DNA of 62,713 nucleotides, counting the filler, from Choristocarpus tenellus KU-1152 (taxonomy: Eukaryota; Protista; Phaeophyceae): assembly GCA_964200185.2 (NCBI GenBank). It is 12 parts of 12 records of this genome, joined end to end, with 100 filler letters (N's around TTAATTAATTAA, not from the genome) between each part and the next. Parts side by side here need not be neighbours in the genome. Positions count along the whole stretch, not along the records: positions 51,623 to 56,740 come from CAXNAD020011813.1; positions 56,841 to 59,785 come from CAXNAD020023463.1; positions 59,886 to 62,713 come from CAXNAD020024390.1; 9 more parts are not named here. One strand, 5' to 3'. The notes beneath the pieces are model-generated. The model was not told where the DNA came from, made no database searches, and saw only the letters and a program-made list of their open reading frames with translations. Shown here one piece after another: positions 52,826 through 62,713 of this stretch. The position numbers were made by a program, and so were the translations under genes. Position 1 is the stretch's first letter. Each line of letters begins with the position of its first letter.

Positions 52826-53029
52826 CTCCTACTCCTACTCAGCAGTTACGGAGATTTAAACATTTAGGTTGCTCCACACTTAGGGTGTTGAAATGCATCT
52901 CACTACCTACCACCACTAACCCCCACACCATCACAATCATCGCCATCCAAATACCTTAAAAACCTCTCGCAACCCCCACTTTTGCCACAGTAGGAATCAA
53001 ACAGATCCAGATAATCACAGGGTGAATAC

Positions 53030-54294
53030 CTGATTGGGTGAGCTGAACTCCTTCTTCAGGTGGTGAGTACAAAGCAGCACCACCTCCGTGTCCTCAGTAA
53101 ACGTCTGATTCGCCCCCAGGTATCCCGCACGCTTATGCGCAAACCGAGCTGCTGTCATAACCTATTACAGGGAGTCATGGCAGGGGAGAGACTGGCTTTC
53201 GGGTGGGGCCATTACAAGTCAAGCTGGCAGTTTCACATACAATTTGTAAATGACGACAACAAAGAGGCAGTCACCAACATCTCTCGAGTCCACCTCACTC
53301 TGCTCACATCCTGAATTTCACAACATCAACTCAACTACACTCCATCAATGGCAAGACTGCCGGTCGTGGAAGGTGCCAGACCAACTGGCCCCTAGGACCC
53401 TTACGGCAACCTCAGCCTTATCAATCCAACTCATAAATGGGTGTGCCTTTGCATTAGCTCCTTTATCTGATTGGACAAGGTAATGAATACTTTCAAATGT
53501 GCAGTATCAAGTTTTTACATCCGTACGCTCACCTCAATCACAGCAAAAGATGCCCAGCTCACGTCATACCCCGTCATTTGCAAGTAGGTCAGCTTTCGTA
53601 CCTGTAATAGGCAGAGCAAGAAGAGATTGGAGGTTGCCCGAGATATATTCCACATTCAGAGGAGCAAGGACATGGCTGTGTTTTCATTCAGTATAGAGAG
53701 GGGTAACTAGTCAGGGTAGGTTGTGTATGCGTGCCTTAAGGTCCAAGGAGACGAATGCTTACCTCTGAAGAAAGAGGTCTGTGTTGACCCAAAGACTTCT
53801 CCTAATCCAACCTTCCTCAAAATAAGACCCCAGATGATTTCATTGTTTTTCTTTGCACGTAAGACATGCATTACTGCTCTGCAGTGATCAATGGGAAGAG
53901 GCCAAAATTGCACTATGCCAGCAAAGAGGTAGACCAAGGTAGGGCTGCAATCGAGTGAATATCATGTAATGTCAATGTCACGGTAAAGGAGGTGGCCCAA
54001 AAAGAACACACCATACCAAACGTCTCGCAGAGCACGAATGAAAGCAACACGCACAGAGTAAAAATGAAAGTGATAATGCATTCTCTTACGAGAGGACAGT
54101 GATACTTGTGATTTAGAAGGCACTGGAAGCGAACTTCTGGAAAGACGAATACTCACCGCCTGGGCCTTGATAAAAGGGTCAGATGTCTTAAGCTCCGCCT
54201 TAATCTCCGCAATAGCTCCAGAAATATATTCCGAGGGATCCCGCTTATTGGCACGGATACCCTTAACAAGATCTTGCAATGTCTTCTCGAACAT
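53030..54294 (-). CDS. AP3D1: AP-3 adaptor complex subunit delta, first three exons 54294-54157, 53601-53533, 53161-53030
   Basis: MFEKTLQDLVKGIRANK...AEIKAELKTSDPFIKAQA-VRKLTYLQMTGYDVSWASFAVIE-VMTAARFAHKRAGYLGANQTFTEDTEVVLLCTHHLKKEF is the delta-adaptin N-terminus. Introns are phase-0 GT-AG. Confidence 0.95.
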
Positions 54295-54520
54295 GGGTGC
54301 AGTTTCCTGTTGTGCACCCTTGTGGGCACACACTCACACTACTCTCTATCCCTTCCCTCTGCCCTCTAGCCTTGCCTCCGGTTACTGCAACCTCGCCCCT
54401 TGTCCTCTACAGAAGCACACAGCCCTTTACAAGGCCGCTTGGCGCCCCTACAACAATGAACACAACGCTCTTCCAATGTAATGTACAACTAACAAACTCG
54501 CAAGACCCTCAGTGAAATCA

Positions 54521-54544
54521 ATTGGAAAACGCGCGCTAGCGCGC
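54521..54544 (-). promoter_or_regulatory. Candidate AP3D1 promoter elements: CCAAT box plus a 14-bp palindrome
   Basis: ATTGG at 54521-54525 (CCAAT on the gene strand) and perfect palindrome GCGCGCTAGCGCGC at 54531-54544, ~230-250 bp upstream of the ATG. Confidence 0.35.
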
Positions 54545-56073
54545 CGTCACTGTTCGTTGATCTTTCATAGACCATGTATAAACCATACACTCACTACTCT
54601 CTACAAAATCATGGTGGTTCTTGGTTGTTCATAACTTCAGTTTACGATGAATAGTAGAGTGCTTGCGTGGTATAATCAGATATGATAGTTAATATTTTCG
54701 TGTTTCTGTAGGAGTCAAGGACGAGTATGGACATTACTATTGCTCTTCACATTTTGGAGAAGATGGTGTGCAGGGGAAAAACAGGCACTACCTTACTTAA
54801 AAGATTTACTACTGTAGATACAACATTAGCAGTAAGGCCATCAATGCTAAGATACTTGTATAAAATATATTGTAGAGTAGGAGGACGTTACCTGAGAAGG
54901 AGATGAATCGTTTATAGTCAGATGCTAAGGAGACCAGGTAGTGAGTGTGGCAAGGATGACGAAGACTTGGTGTCAGTGGGTCCAACCCTAAGGGGATGAA
55001 TCTGACAAGTGTAGGGTAGATCATCAGTTTCTTTGTGATCGCATGATGAGGAAAACTCTTCATTGGATGGCCTTGGTGCAGGGAGGCATCAGATCGGTCG
55101 ACTGTACCCAGGGTATCCAGTCATTTTAGGTTCAAGTCATAAGGTGGACTTCAAGGCGAGGTACTGCTCAGGACATACGCCACGTTGATGTGAAGCATAC
55201 CCACTGCCAACATCCAGGATACATGCCTGACAACCTAAATTCAGCGATGAAGTGGACAGGAAGGCAGTGTACTTCTCAGGACATGAGGTACACGGCATAG
55301 TGCATGTGTTCTCACTTCCAAAGTGATGAATGCACCCACGGGGTTCAGGAAAGCATACTGATTGGTAGCAACAAATAAATGGTGGGTAGGTCAGTGGTGG
55401 ACAGAGAATACTACTACAAGAGAAAATCATTGTGCTATGTGTGCCATAGTCCATTCGGCAAGATAAACCATAACTTGTAGTGTAATAATGAAAGTAGTCT
55501 TGTTACATCGCTCATTTACATTACTCAGTTACTACTACTGGAAGTATGCACAACAGGCAAAATACTACAAGAGAAAGAGAGGCATTATTTTCCCTAACCT
55601 TATGCCTAGTCCCAAGTACGACACACCCAAAGATTCCTCTCTTATGCGCAACACATGCACTACAGGCATACGTACATCATGTACAAACACGCAACAACAA
55701 AACTGGGAGTAAATCATTTCGCGATTTCGCAGGCAGGCACTACGTCAAAATGGATGTGGAAAGTCGGAACCAACACAATCACCATGAAGAAAAAAGTGGT
55801 TGATCTTGCAATATATTGCTGCGTAGGTGTTACACTCTCTTCAAATGTGCCTCGACTATTTTCATCATGCCATAGGCAACGAGTTTGGCAGATTATCCAA
55901 AGAAGCAGTGAGGGGTTCTTGTATTCCCAAAAGAAGTTGTTGGGGAGGCAAGTGAGAAGTGTGTTCGTGTGTGCATGCCACTTTGTCCGGGAGATCAAGG
56001 AAGTCAACTAACATGCTGGATCAAAAGAGTCTTGTAGGTAGTGGCAGAATGAGGTAGCTAGTGGAAGAATGAG

Positions 56074-56231
56074 GCTCAAAGTATCTGGGGGGGGGTGACA
56101 GCTGTCCATTCGGGGCCCATTTTTCCATGTCGCGATTTTGGGTGATTTGGTTGCATACGTCGGATAGATAATGTAAGTGCACATTTCCTGGTTTTGGCCC
56201 AGATGGACACCCTGGTGTAGACCCCCCCCCC
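56074..56231. mobile_element. MITE family B (terminus CAAAGTATCTGGGGG)
   Basis: The body is the reverse complement of the copies at 56641-56740 and 56914-57076. Both ends of the consensus carry AAAGTATCT-G(n), so it is a TIR. Confidence 0.8.
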
Positions 56232-56339
56232 GGATGGACTCTCCTGCAGTGTGACGCTCAGTCGGTTTGAGGTCCAATTTTCTGATTTAAAAGTGAGGAG
56301 GTAGTTTTGTCAAAGTACTAGTGCTACAACATACTAAGT

Positions 56340-56466
56340 GTGTTACAGGCGAATAGCACGAGTATTTCTTCACACGATCTAACAAGCGCGAAAGTATACA
56401 CACGCAGAGATTCTTACAAAGAGGACCTCCGATTTGCTAGAAGATGCAGAGTAAGATTTGTAACAC
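56340..56466. repeat. Dispersed repeat family D (~125 bp, short GTTACA/TGTAAC inverted ends)
   Basis: GTGTTACAGGCGAATAG...AGTATTTCTTC...CTCCGATTTGCTA.AAG.TGCAGA.TAAGAT.TGTAAC also occurs at 61780-61904. The 3' half is partly duplicated at ~56475-56526. Confidence 0.8.
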
Positions 56467-56640
56467 ATAGGGAACCTTACAGAAAGGAACGTCGGTTTGC
56501 TAGAAGTTGCAGAATAAGATTTGTAATTTTAGTAAATATATATATGCGACAGTTTTGCATATGTATTTTAACTTCTAAATTATAGGAAAAGGTGGAGGAT
56601 GTTAATAAAAGAGTGTCTCGTCAACCAGGTGATTTACTGA

Positions 56641-56740
56641 CCTAAAGTATCTGGAGGGGGGAGGGGGGTCTACACCAGAAGGTCCATTTGGACCAAAATC
56701 AGGAAAAGTGCATTTACATTATCCATCCAACGTATGCAAC
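56641..56740. mobile_element. MITE family B, truncated by the contig end
   Basis: CCTAAAGTATCTGGAGGGGGG..GTCTACACCAG...CATTATCCATCCAACGTATGCAAC. Confidence 0.8.
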
Positions 56741-56840
56741 NNNNNNNNNNNNNNNNNNNNNNNNNNNNNNNNNNNNNNNNNNNNTTAATTAATTAANNNN
56801 NNNNNNNNNNNNNNNNNNNNNNNNNNNNNNNNNNNNNNNN
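56741..56840. other. Artificial contig linker
   Basis: N44-TTAATTAATTAA-N44. Confidence 0.98.
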
Positions 56841-56913
56841 GAGGTGGAGAGGTGCACTGAACGCGCGTAGGGAGACCACGTAGATGGGAGGGTCCCGTTT
56901 TCTCTAAGCCTGT

Positions 56914-57076
56914 CGGGGGGGGGGGGAGTCTACACCAGGGTGTCCATTCAGGCCCTTACGAGGAGAATTGCACTGACATTATCCATCCAACGCATGCAAC
57001 CTAATCACCCAAATACTGCGATACAGCAAAATGGGCCTCGAATGGATAGCTGCCACCACCCCAAGATACTTTGAGC
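56914..57076. mobile_element. MITE family B copy
   Basis: G(n)AGTCTACACCAGGGTGTCCAT...CATTATCCATCCAACGCATGCAACC...AGATACTTTGAGC. Confidence 0.8.
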
Positions 57077-57713
57077 TAGGTTTTCCACAAATATTTGCAA
57101 AATTCAACTTTTTTTTCAAATGCGTATAGAATATATTCCGACTTGTGTCGAAAGATTCAAATAATAGAGAAGTCAACTCTCTCAAGTCAAACATACCACT
57201 TAATCCATAGAAATACGAGTAAATCGCAAGAGATCGAAACCGGTATATAATGCAAAACGGCAAAAAACGGGGTACCTCTCGTGTACTTTAACTCAGAAAT
57301 GCAAGTGCTAACGGGAAGCACCAGCTACGGTCCAACAGTGTCATGAGTTGATGACAAAGTGATGGACACCAGCTGTCAGTCAAGGAGTCAAAGAGAAGAG
57401 AGGGTGGTGGGAAAAAAATGGGACGGAGCCATGTGCAAGTCACTATACGAAAGATGTGATGCAACAACATCCCAGAGGTCTACAACGATTTGTCATTGAA
57501 ATACACCTGGGCATCTCATTATCTGCTGTACATTTAGCAACTGCTGTCAATATAGTTGCAGCAAGAACTCATGTGCACCATCAGCTAATATGACAAATTT
57601 GCATGAAGCCACCACTAGAGCTCTATAAGTGTGGATATGGACTGGAGACATACTATAGTACATAGTGGAAGCTTGACAACGTCCCCTCTTGCATCTCATT
57701 TCATCCTTGCCAG

Positions 57714-59785
57714 ATATTGCCAGAAGCAAGAATCTGCAGCAAGAGCCCGCAAGGAGCAGTATCGTCTAAGGTGCAAGACAAAATGGGAGCGCCGGCGCAA
57801 GGCCAAAGAAGTGAGTAATATCTTTGTTATGAGAAAGATACTGTAGCATCTCAGAGTTCCCAGCGACATAGAATACATGGTTGTAAATTGCAACCCCATT
57901 CAACCTTCTCATCTCCTGTCGTGCCCCTCTATACTCAGCTACCCAGTTATCCACTCTCCTCTGCCCCACCTCTCAGACAATTTGTACTATTTCCTGCATG
58001 CCTGTTCAATATCCCTTGCAATGTCCCATCCCCGACCCTCCCTCTTCTCTCATCCATTTTGGAATTACATGTCACACCCCACAAAACAGTGCTCCACCCT
58101 TCACAACTTACAACTCACACCCTAAGATCCACAATCATGCCTCAATGGCGTTCGACTTTCTGTACAGGTGAACTCCAAGAGAGCTGCTGCTGAGGTGACA
58201 AAGTGTGAGCTGTCCACAGCACTTACGATTGCCTATACGGCTGCACTGGGGAGAGTAAAAGCTCTGGCAGAGGCTTTTGGGGCTCAGCAAGTTCCGTGCC
58301 TGGAGTTGCAGAAAATAATTAATTTAGGTGTTTGTCGAGGACAAGAGCAAGAGCATGAGGACAGTGAATTGGTAAGGGGGGATGTCGGTGTATCTTATTG
58401 GAAGGGGTTAGTGCCATAAATTGATATGAGAGTAGAATCAGTGTTTGGGGGAGATAAATGCTCGTTTTGAGCTGACTAGCTCCAAGGTTCCAGCCAGAAG
58501 ATATCACTATTCAGAACAAACTGACCGAACAGGTGCAAGATTTACAGTGTCAATCAGATGGGGATCAGAGTCAACATGGAGCAGAAGTTAAAGATGACAC
58601 AGATCACCTCCGTCGGCAAGAACAATGTATTGAGGAATTCGTCAACACAAATCAGAGCGATTATGAGAACATGGAGGGAGGGAAGAAGAGAGCTGGACTG
58701 ATGCAGGAATGGTTTTATAATGTTGAGTCCTGGTGCCGTGAGGTAGAGGAAAAATTCCGATCTGAAGCAGCATGGAAGATTGTAAGTTCTGCTCAACGTC
58801 TAGAGTGGCTTATCATGGCAACTGGCAAGAGAATGGAGGGGGATGTATCAGGTTGCGGTTCTGGCAACCGAGGAAATGCCAGGAGCATAGACGACATTGA
58901 TAAGATTGAGATGAATGCTAGAGCTAGCAAATGTGGGAATGCAGGGCTTTCGGGCATGGTGCGGTGGGCCTGTATTGCTGATCTAGTTGAAATTAAAAGT
59001 TGCACAGCCGAGTTGTACCTGTCTGTCACTGTATACACGACCGGAGAACAGGCCAAAGCTAAGCCAGAATTATTGCTTGATAGGGAGCAGTATGAGAATA
59101 CTGAAAATAGTTGTAGGCGAGGCATTGCTGATGAGGATAGGCAAGGCTGTGAGACCTCATCATATTCAGAAGGAAGGGATTGGAACGAGCAGGATGAAGA
59201 GGGGGCGGTAGATTCGAATGGAAAGATGCAAAGTGCGATTGATGGACAACTGGAAGTAGACCTTCATGAGCAAGAGACGGCAGTAAGAGAAGTATGGCAT
59301 GAAGAAGAGTCTAAAAGCGAGGAAACGCAACAAGTGAGGGTAGAGAGGAGAGCCCCAGTTCAACACGGTGAGGACACAAAAGACAAGCAAGAAGAGGTTC
59401 TGGGCCAACCACCGGTCATATTGTCAACTCAATCACATTTGGCCTATCCAAGTGTCCCAAAACAGCCACAAAGAGGGGCGAATTTGCAAGGAAACGGTGT
59501 GCCTGCAGGCGAGGAGGGAGATAGCAGGATTGAAAAGCAGGAAGAGACCGTTGAGATCCAGAGTGTGCTCAGGGAGGATAGGGAGGAACAAAATGAGGCC
59601 CAGGGGAGAGCTCCAAGGGGGAGTACGGATCCAAAGCCCAGCGAAGTGCACAGTAGTGCAGAATGCCAGGGAAGTAGGGTGGAACATAGCAGCTCAGGGA
59701 GAGGGGAGTTCGTTGAGCACAGTAAATATAGGAACCATCAATCCAAAGTATGTGGAGGAGCAGAAAGTGCAGGACAAATTGCAAG
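57714..59785 (+). CDS. Hypothetical acidic/coiled-coil protein, internal exons 57714-57810, 58168-58371, 58533->59785 (runs off the contig)
   Basis: Phase-consistent GT-AG joins (KE|GTGAGT, CAG|GTG at 58168, TTG|GTAAGG, CAG|GTG at 58533) and a >1.2-kb open E/Q-rich frame. No family recognised. Confidence 0.65.
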
Positions 59786-59885
59786 NNNNNNNNNNNNNNN
59801 NNNNNNNNNNNNNNNNNNNNNNNNNNNNNTTAATTAATTAANNNNNNNNNNNNNNNNNNNNNNNNNNNNNNNNNNNNNNNNNNNN
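59786..59885. other. Artificial contig linker
   Basis: N44-TTAATTAATTAA-N44. Confidence 0.98.
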
Positions 59886-60710
59886 GTGTACACCTCCATG
59901 ACAAACAGGATCCATGTTGATGAAACCTGGTTTTACGTGATGGCTGATGGGGAAAGGGTTAGGGTATTTCCGCATGAGGATGATAGTGACCTTTTCTAGG
60001 ATCTCCTAGAGTCATATCCCCCAAACCATGATAAGTGCAGCCAACGCCCTCCCACATTCGGCTCACAGCTTTGATGGAAAGCTTGGTGTTTGGCGCGTGT
60101 GTGTGCCAAAAACAAAACAGGACAAGCAAGAACCATAAAAGGGGGATGTGTATGAGCAGGACTATAGTGTACTTTAGACGATTTGTGGTATAGGAAGTGG
60201 TATACGGAGGAGTTACTGCCTGCAATCGAGACCAAGATGCCTTGGTTGCAGGGGAAGCATATTTTCGTTCAGCAAGATGGTGCCATCCCCCACACGGGCA
60301 AGGGCAACTCAGAAATCTTGTCAGGGACAGGGAAGACTGAGGGGTAGTCGATTAGCTTGTGACGCAGCCATCTAACTCCCCCAACCTCAATATCATGGAC
60401 CTGTGCTTCTTCGGGTCTTTGAAATGCCGGGTGATGTGGGAGCGGTTCGGGTCCGTTGAGGAGATGGTGAAGGTCATTAAGAAACAGTATGAGGAGTATG
60501 ATGAAGCCACACCTTAGAGGGCTTGGCAGCTCTATTTTGTGGTGTACAATCAAGTACTTAGATACAAAGGGGGGAATGACTTCAGTGTGGAGCACACAGG
60601 GGTAAGGAAGAGGCAGTTGTCTGGTGAGCTTGAAAGCATGCTGAAGGTAGACATGGAGGCCTTTTCTGTGGCTGATACAATTGTGATGGAATTGGGATTA
60701 ATGATGATAA
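59886..60710 (+). mobile_element. Tc1/mariner transposase pseudogene (plant/stramenopile mariner-like), 5' truncated
   Basis: Frameshifted translation: IHVDETWFY ... FDGKLGVW ... LLPAIETKMPWLQGKHIFVQQDGAIPH ... QPSNSPNLNIMDLCFFGSLK ... VLRYKGGNDFSVEHTG. These match the DEKWFY, QQDNA and SPDLN..DLGFF motifs. Multiple stops and frameshifts. Confidence 0.9.
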
Positions 60711-61779
60711 AAAGAGCTGACCCGAACCAGAAATTCGTTAAGGATTCCAAATCTTCTTTCAGAAATGAATTTCATCATCTTCAAATGTTATGGACAACAC
60801 AGCACAGACTTATGACATGGAGGTAGTATGTCCAACAAACCTTGAAGGTAAGTCGCCTTAAAGGTATACCTTAGTTGGAAGATGGCTCTCATAGTAGTCG
60901 TACATTATTTTTCACAATGGTTACTTGCCACACCAACAGCATTCCATAGATATTCCAAACAGAAACTTGTGATCGAACTCAAAAATTTCTTGAAATATTT
61001 TCAACTATCTTGACGACCATCCTATTTTTTTCAGGTGAGAGGTAAGATGATAAAAGTAATGACAACTTACTTTTTCAGGGGTTGTTCTGATATTGAATTG
61101 ACTTTTAATGGTTTTTTCACACGTGACACGCCTGCAAAATGTCAGTTGGAAGAATACTAGAATAGAAGTAATGTTAATCATATTCATATTATGGCAGCAG
61201 GACTGTTTCATCACGGTTTCAATATGATTTTGGAAGTGACCATTCTTGCAAGTTTTATGTCCTTCATCTTTTGTTTTCACCCTCTGACTAATATCTCTAA
61301 AATGCTTACATTAGTACGCAGAGGAGTATATATATATTGTTCTGGACTCTGACATTTTGAAGATGTGTCAGGGACTACCAAAGGGAGAGTTCATGAAGTA
61401 ATCTGAGTTTTGAGGGCGGAAGAAGTCTGGTTGGTTGGGACACAGGGGAAGGGAGGGGACAGAGAGAAGAATAAGGAATACCAAGAAGGGAACGAATAGT
61501 TAAGGATCTAAGAGAGGGAGGAAAGAATTTAAAGAAATGAGTGGTAGGTGGAGGTACAGGGGAAGAAGGAATGGTCAGTATTGAAAAAATTGCCGAGGGC
61601 TTGGGGGTACAAGACGAGGAGGGCAAGAAAAAGACAATCTCTGAGCAAGCTCTCCCGCCCACCCACCCTGTCGCTTGGTCACGACCGATGGGGATGCTGG
61701 GAAAAAGGGAGGGGAGATCAAGTTCGGGCAGGGTAGACGTTTTCTAGCTCAAAGGCACGGTATGAAATGGATGATGAAG

Positions 61780-61904
61780 TGTTACAGGCGAATAGTGCAA
61801 GTATTTCTTCCCGCGCTTTAACCGGCACAAGAAGTGCACGCGTGGGCAGAACCCCAAAAGGGGAACTCCGATTTGCTAAAAAGTTGCAGAATAAGATCTG
61901 TAAC
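61780..61904. repeat. Dispersed repeat family D
   Basis: Homologous to 56340-56466. Confidence 0.8.
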
Positions 61905-62330
61905 TCGGGAGAGTCGTAAGGGTTACCAGATGGAAAGGTCGCAAGGGTTCTCAGATATATTCCAATGTCTGTAAACCAAAGAAGCCCCAACGATAAATGA
62001 TGATAAGAGTTCCTAAAAACGGCTCCAAACAGCTCAGTTCTTCTGACCTAGAGACCCACCTATAGCATTCTCAAACTCTGATATCGAAAGACATAAATAA
62101 TTCTCATGCTGATTGATTCATTTGAGAGTGCCCCTCTTCTGCTGAGCTGACGTTCGTTAATCTGTGAATTGGAGCTACCCATCCTGTGGAGGCAAGTTTC
62201 TGGAGCATGCCTGTGTAACAGAAGGGGTGGTCTTGGATGATTGTGGAGTGGTGTTGAGTGATGTAGGGTGAGTGGAGTGATAACTGGTGTGGGGGTGTTA
62301 AGTTGTGTAGGGTTGAAGGGTGTGGGGGGT

Positions 62331-62530
62331 GACTGGAAATCAGTGGTGAACGGGGTTCACCCTGGTTGGTCATCAGATGTGGGGGGTAACAAGGAAACCA
62401 GTGGCAAGGGGGTTCGCCCTGGTTGGTCATCAGAGGTGGGTGTTGGCTGGAGATCAGTGGTGAAAGGAGTTCACATTGGTTGATCATCGCAAAGGGGGGG
62501 AGGACAGGAAATCAGTGGTGAAGAGTGGTC
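62331..62530. repeat. G-rich minisatellite, ~58-bp unit x3.5
   Basis: Repeated unit GGAAATCAGTGGTGAA.GGGGTTCACCCTGGTTGGTCATCAGA.GTGGG. Confidence 0.8.
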
Positions 62531-62713
62531 ATAAGTAGGGATACAATGGGGAGGGAAAGAGGAATGGGTGTGAATTGCAAACAGAGAATAAAATAATAAT
62601 CCAGAATTCGTGAGCAAAACAAAACTATGTTATGTTTTACCTTTATATAATATATTACTCATTGTTATTATTATTATTATTATTATGCCCTCTGACATTT
62701 TGCAGATGTGTCA

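Overview
Eukaryotic nuclear DNA, most likely a stramenopile and probably a brown alga. This is inferred from GT-AG introns, a stramenopile-type trehalose-phosphate synthase, a plastid-type ascorbate peroxidase, a brown-algal-like CRE retroelement remnant and interstitial (CCCTAA)n. The window is not one locus. It holds 12 short contigs joined by 11 artificial 100-bp linkers (N44-TTAATTAATTAA-N44), so adjacency across linkers means nothing. Manual exon splicing gives one complete gene (TFIIB, 5 exons, 329 aa, head-to-head with FAN1). Partial genes: a conserved uncharacterised protist protein, HSPBP1/Fes1, a LETM1-like protein with an N-terminal signal-like peptide, TPS, ascorbate peroxidase, an RGS-domain protein, AP-3 delta and two unassigned coiled-coil/acidic proteins. 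Repeats include two MITE families with the same CAAAGTATCT terminus, a decayed Tc1/mariner transposase, the 3' end of a CRE-like non-LTR element, other dispersed and tandem repeats, and a structured tRNA-like Pol III/SINE candidate. I found no convincing new multi-gene system. The best leads are CpG decay between repeat copies (implying DNA methylation), the AAAGTATCT MITEs, the putatively plastid-targeted LETM1-like protein, the RGS protein and the Pol III-type RNA. All assignments come from motif recognition by eye; no database searches were run.
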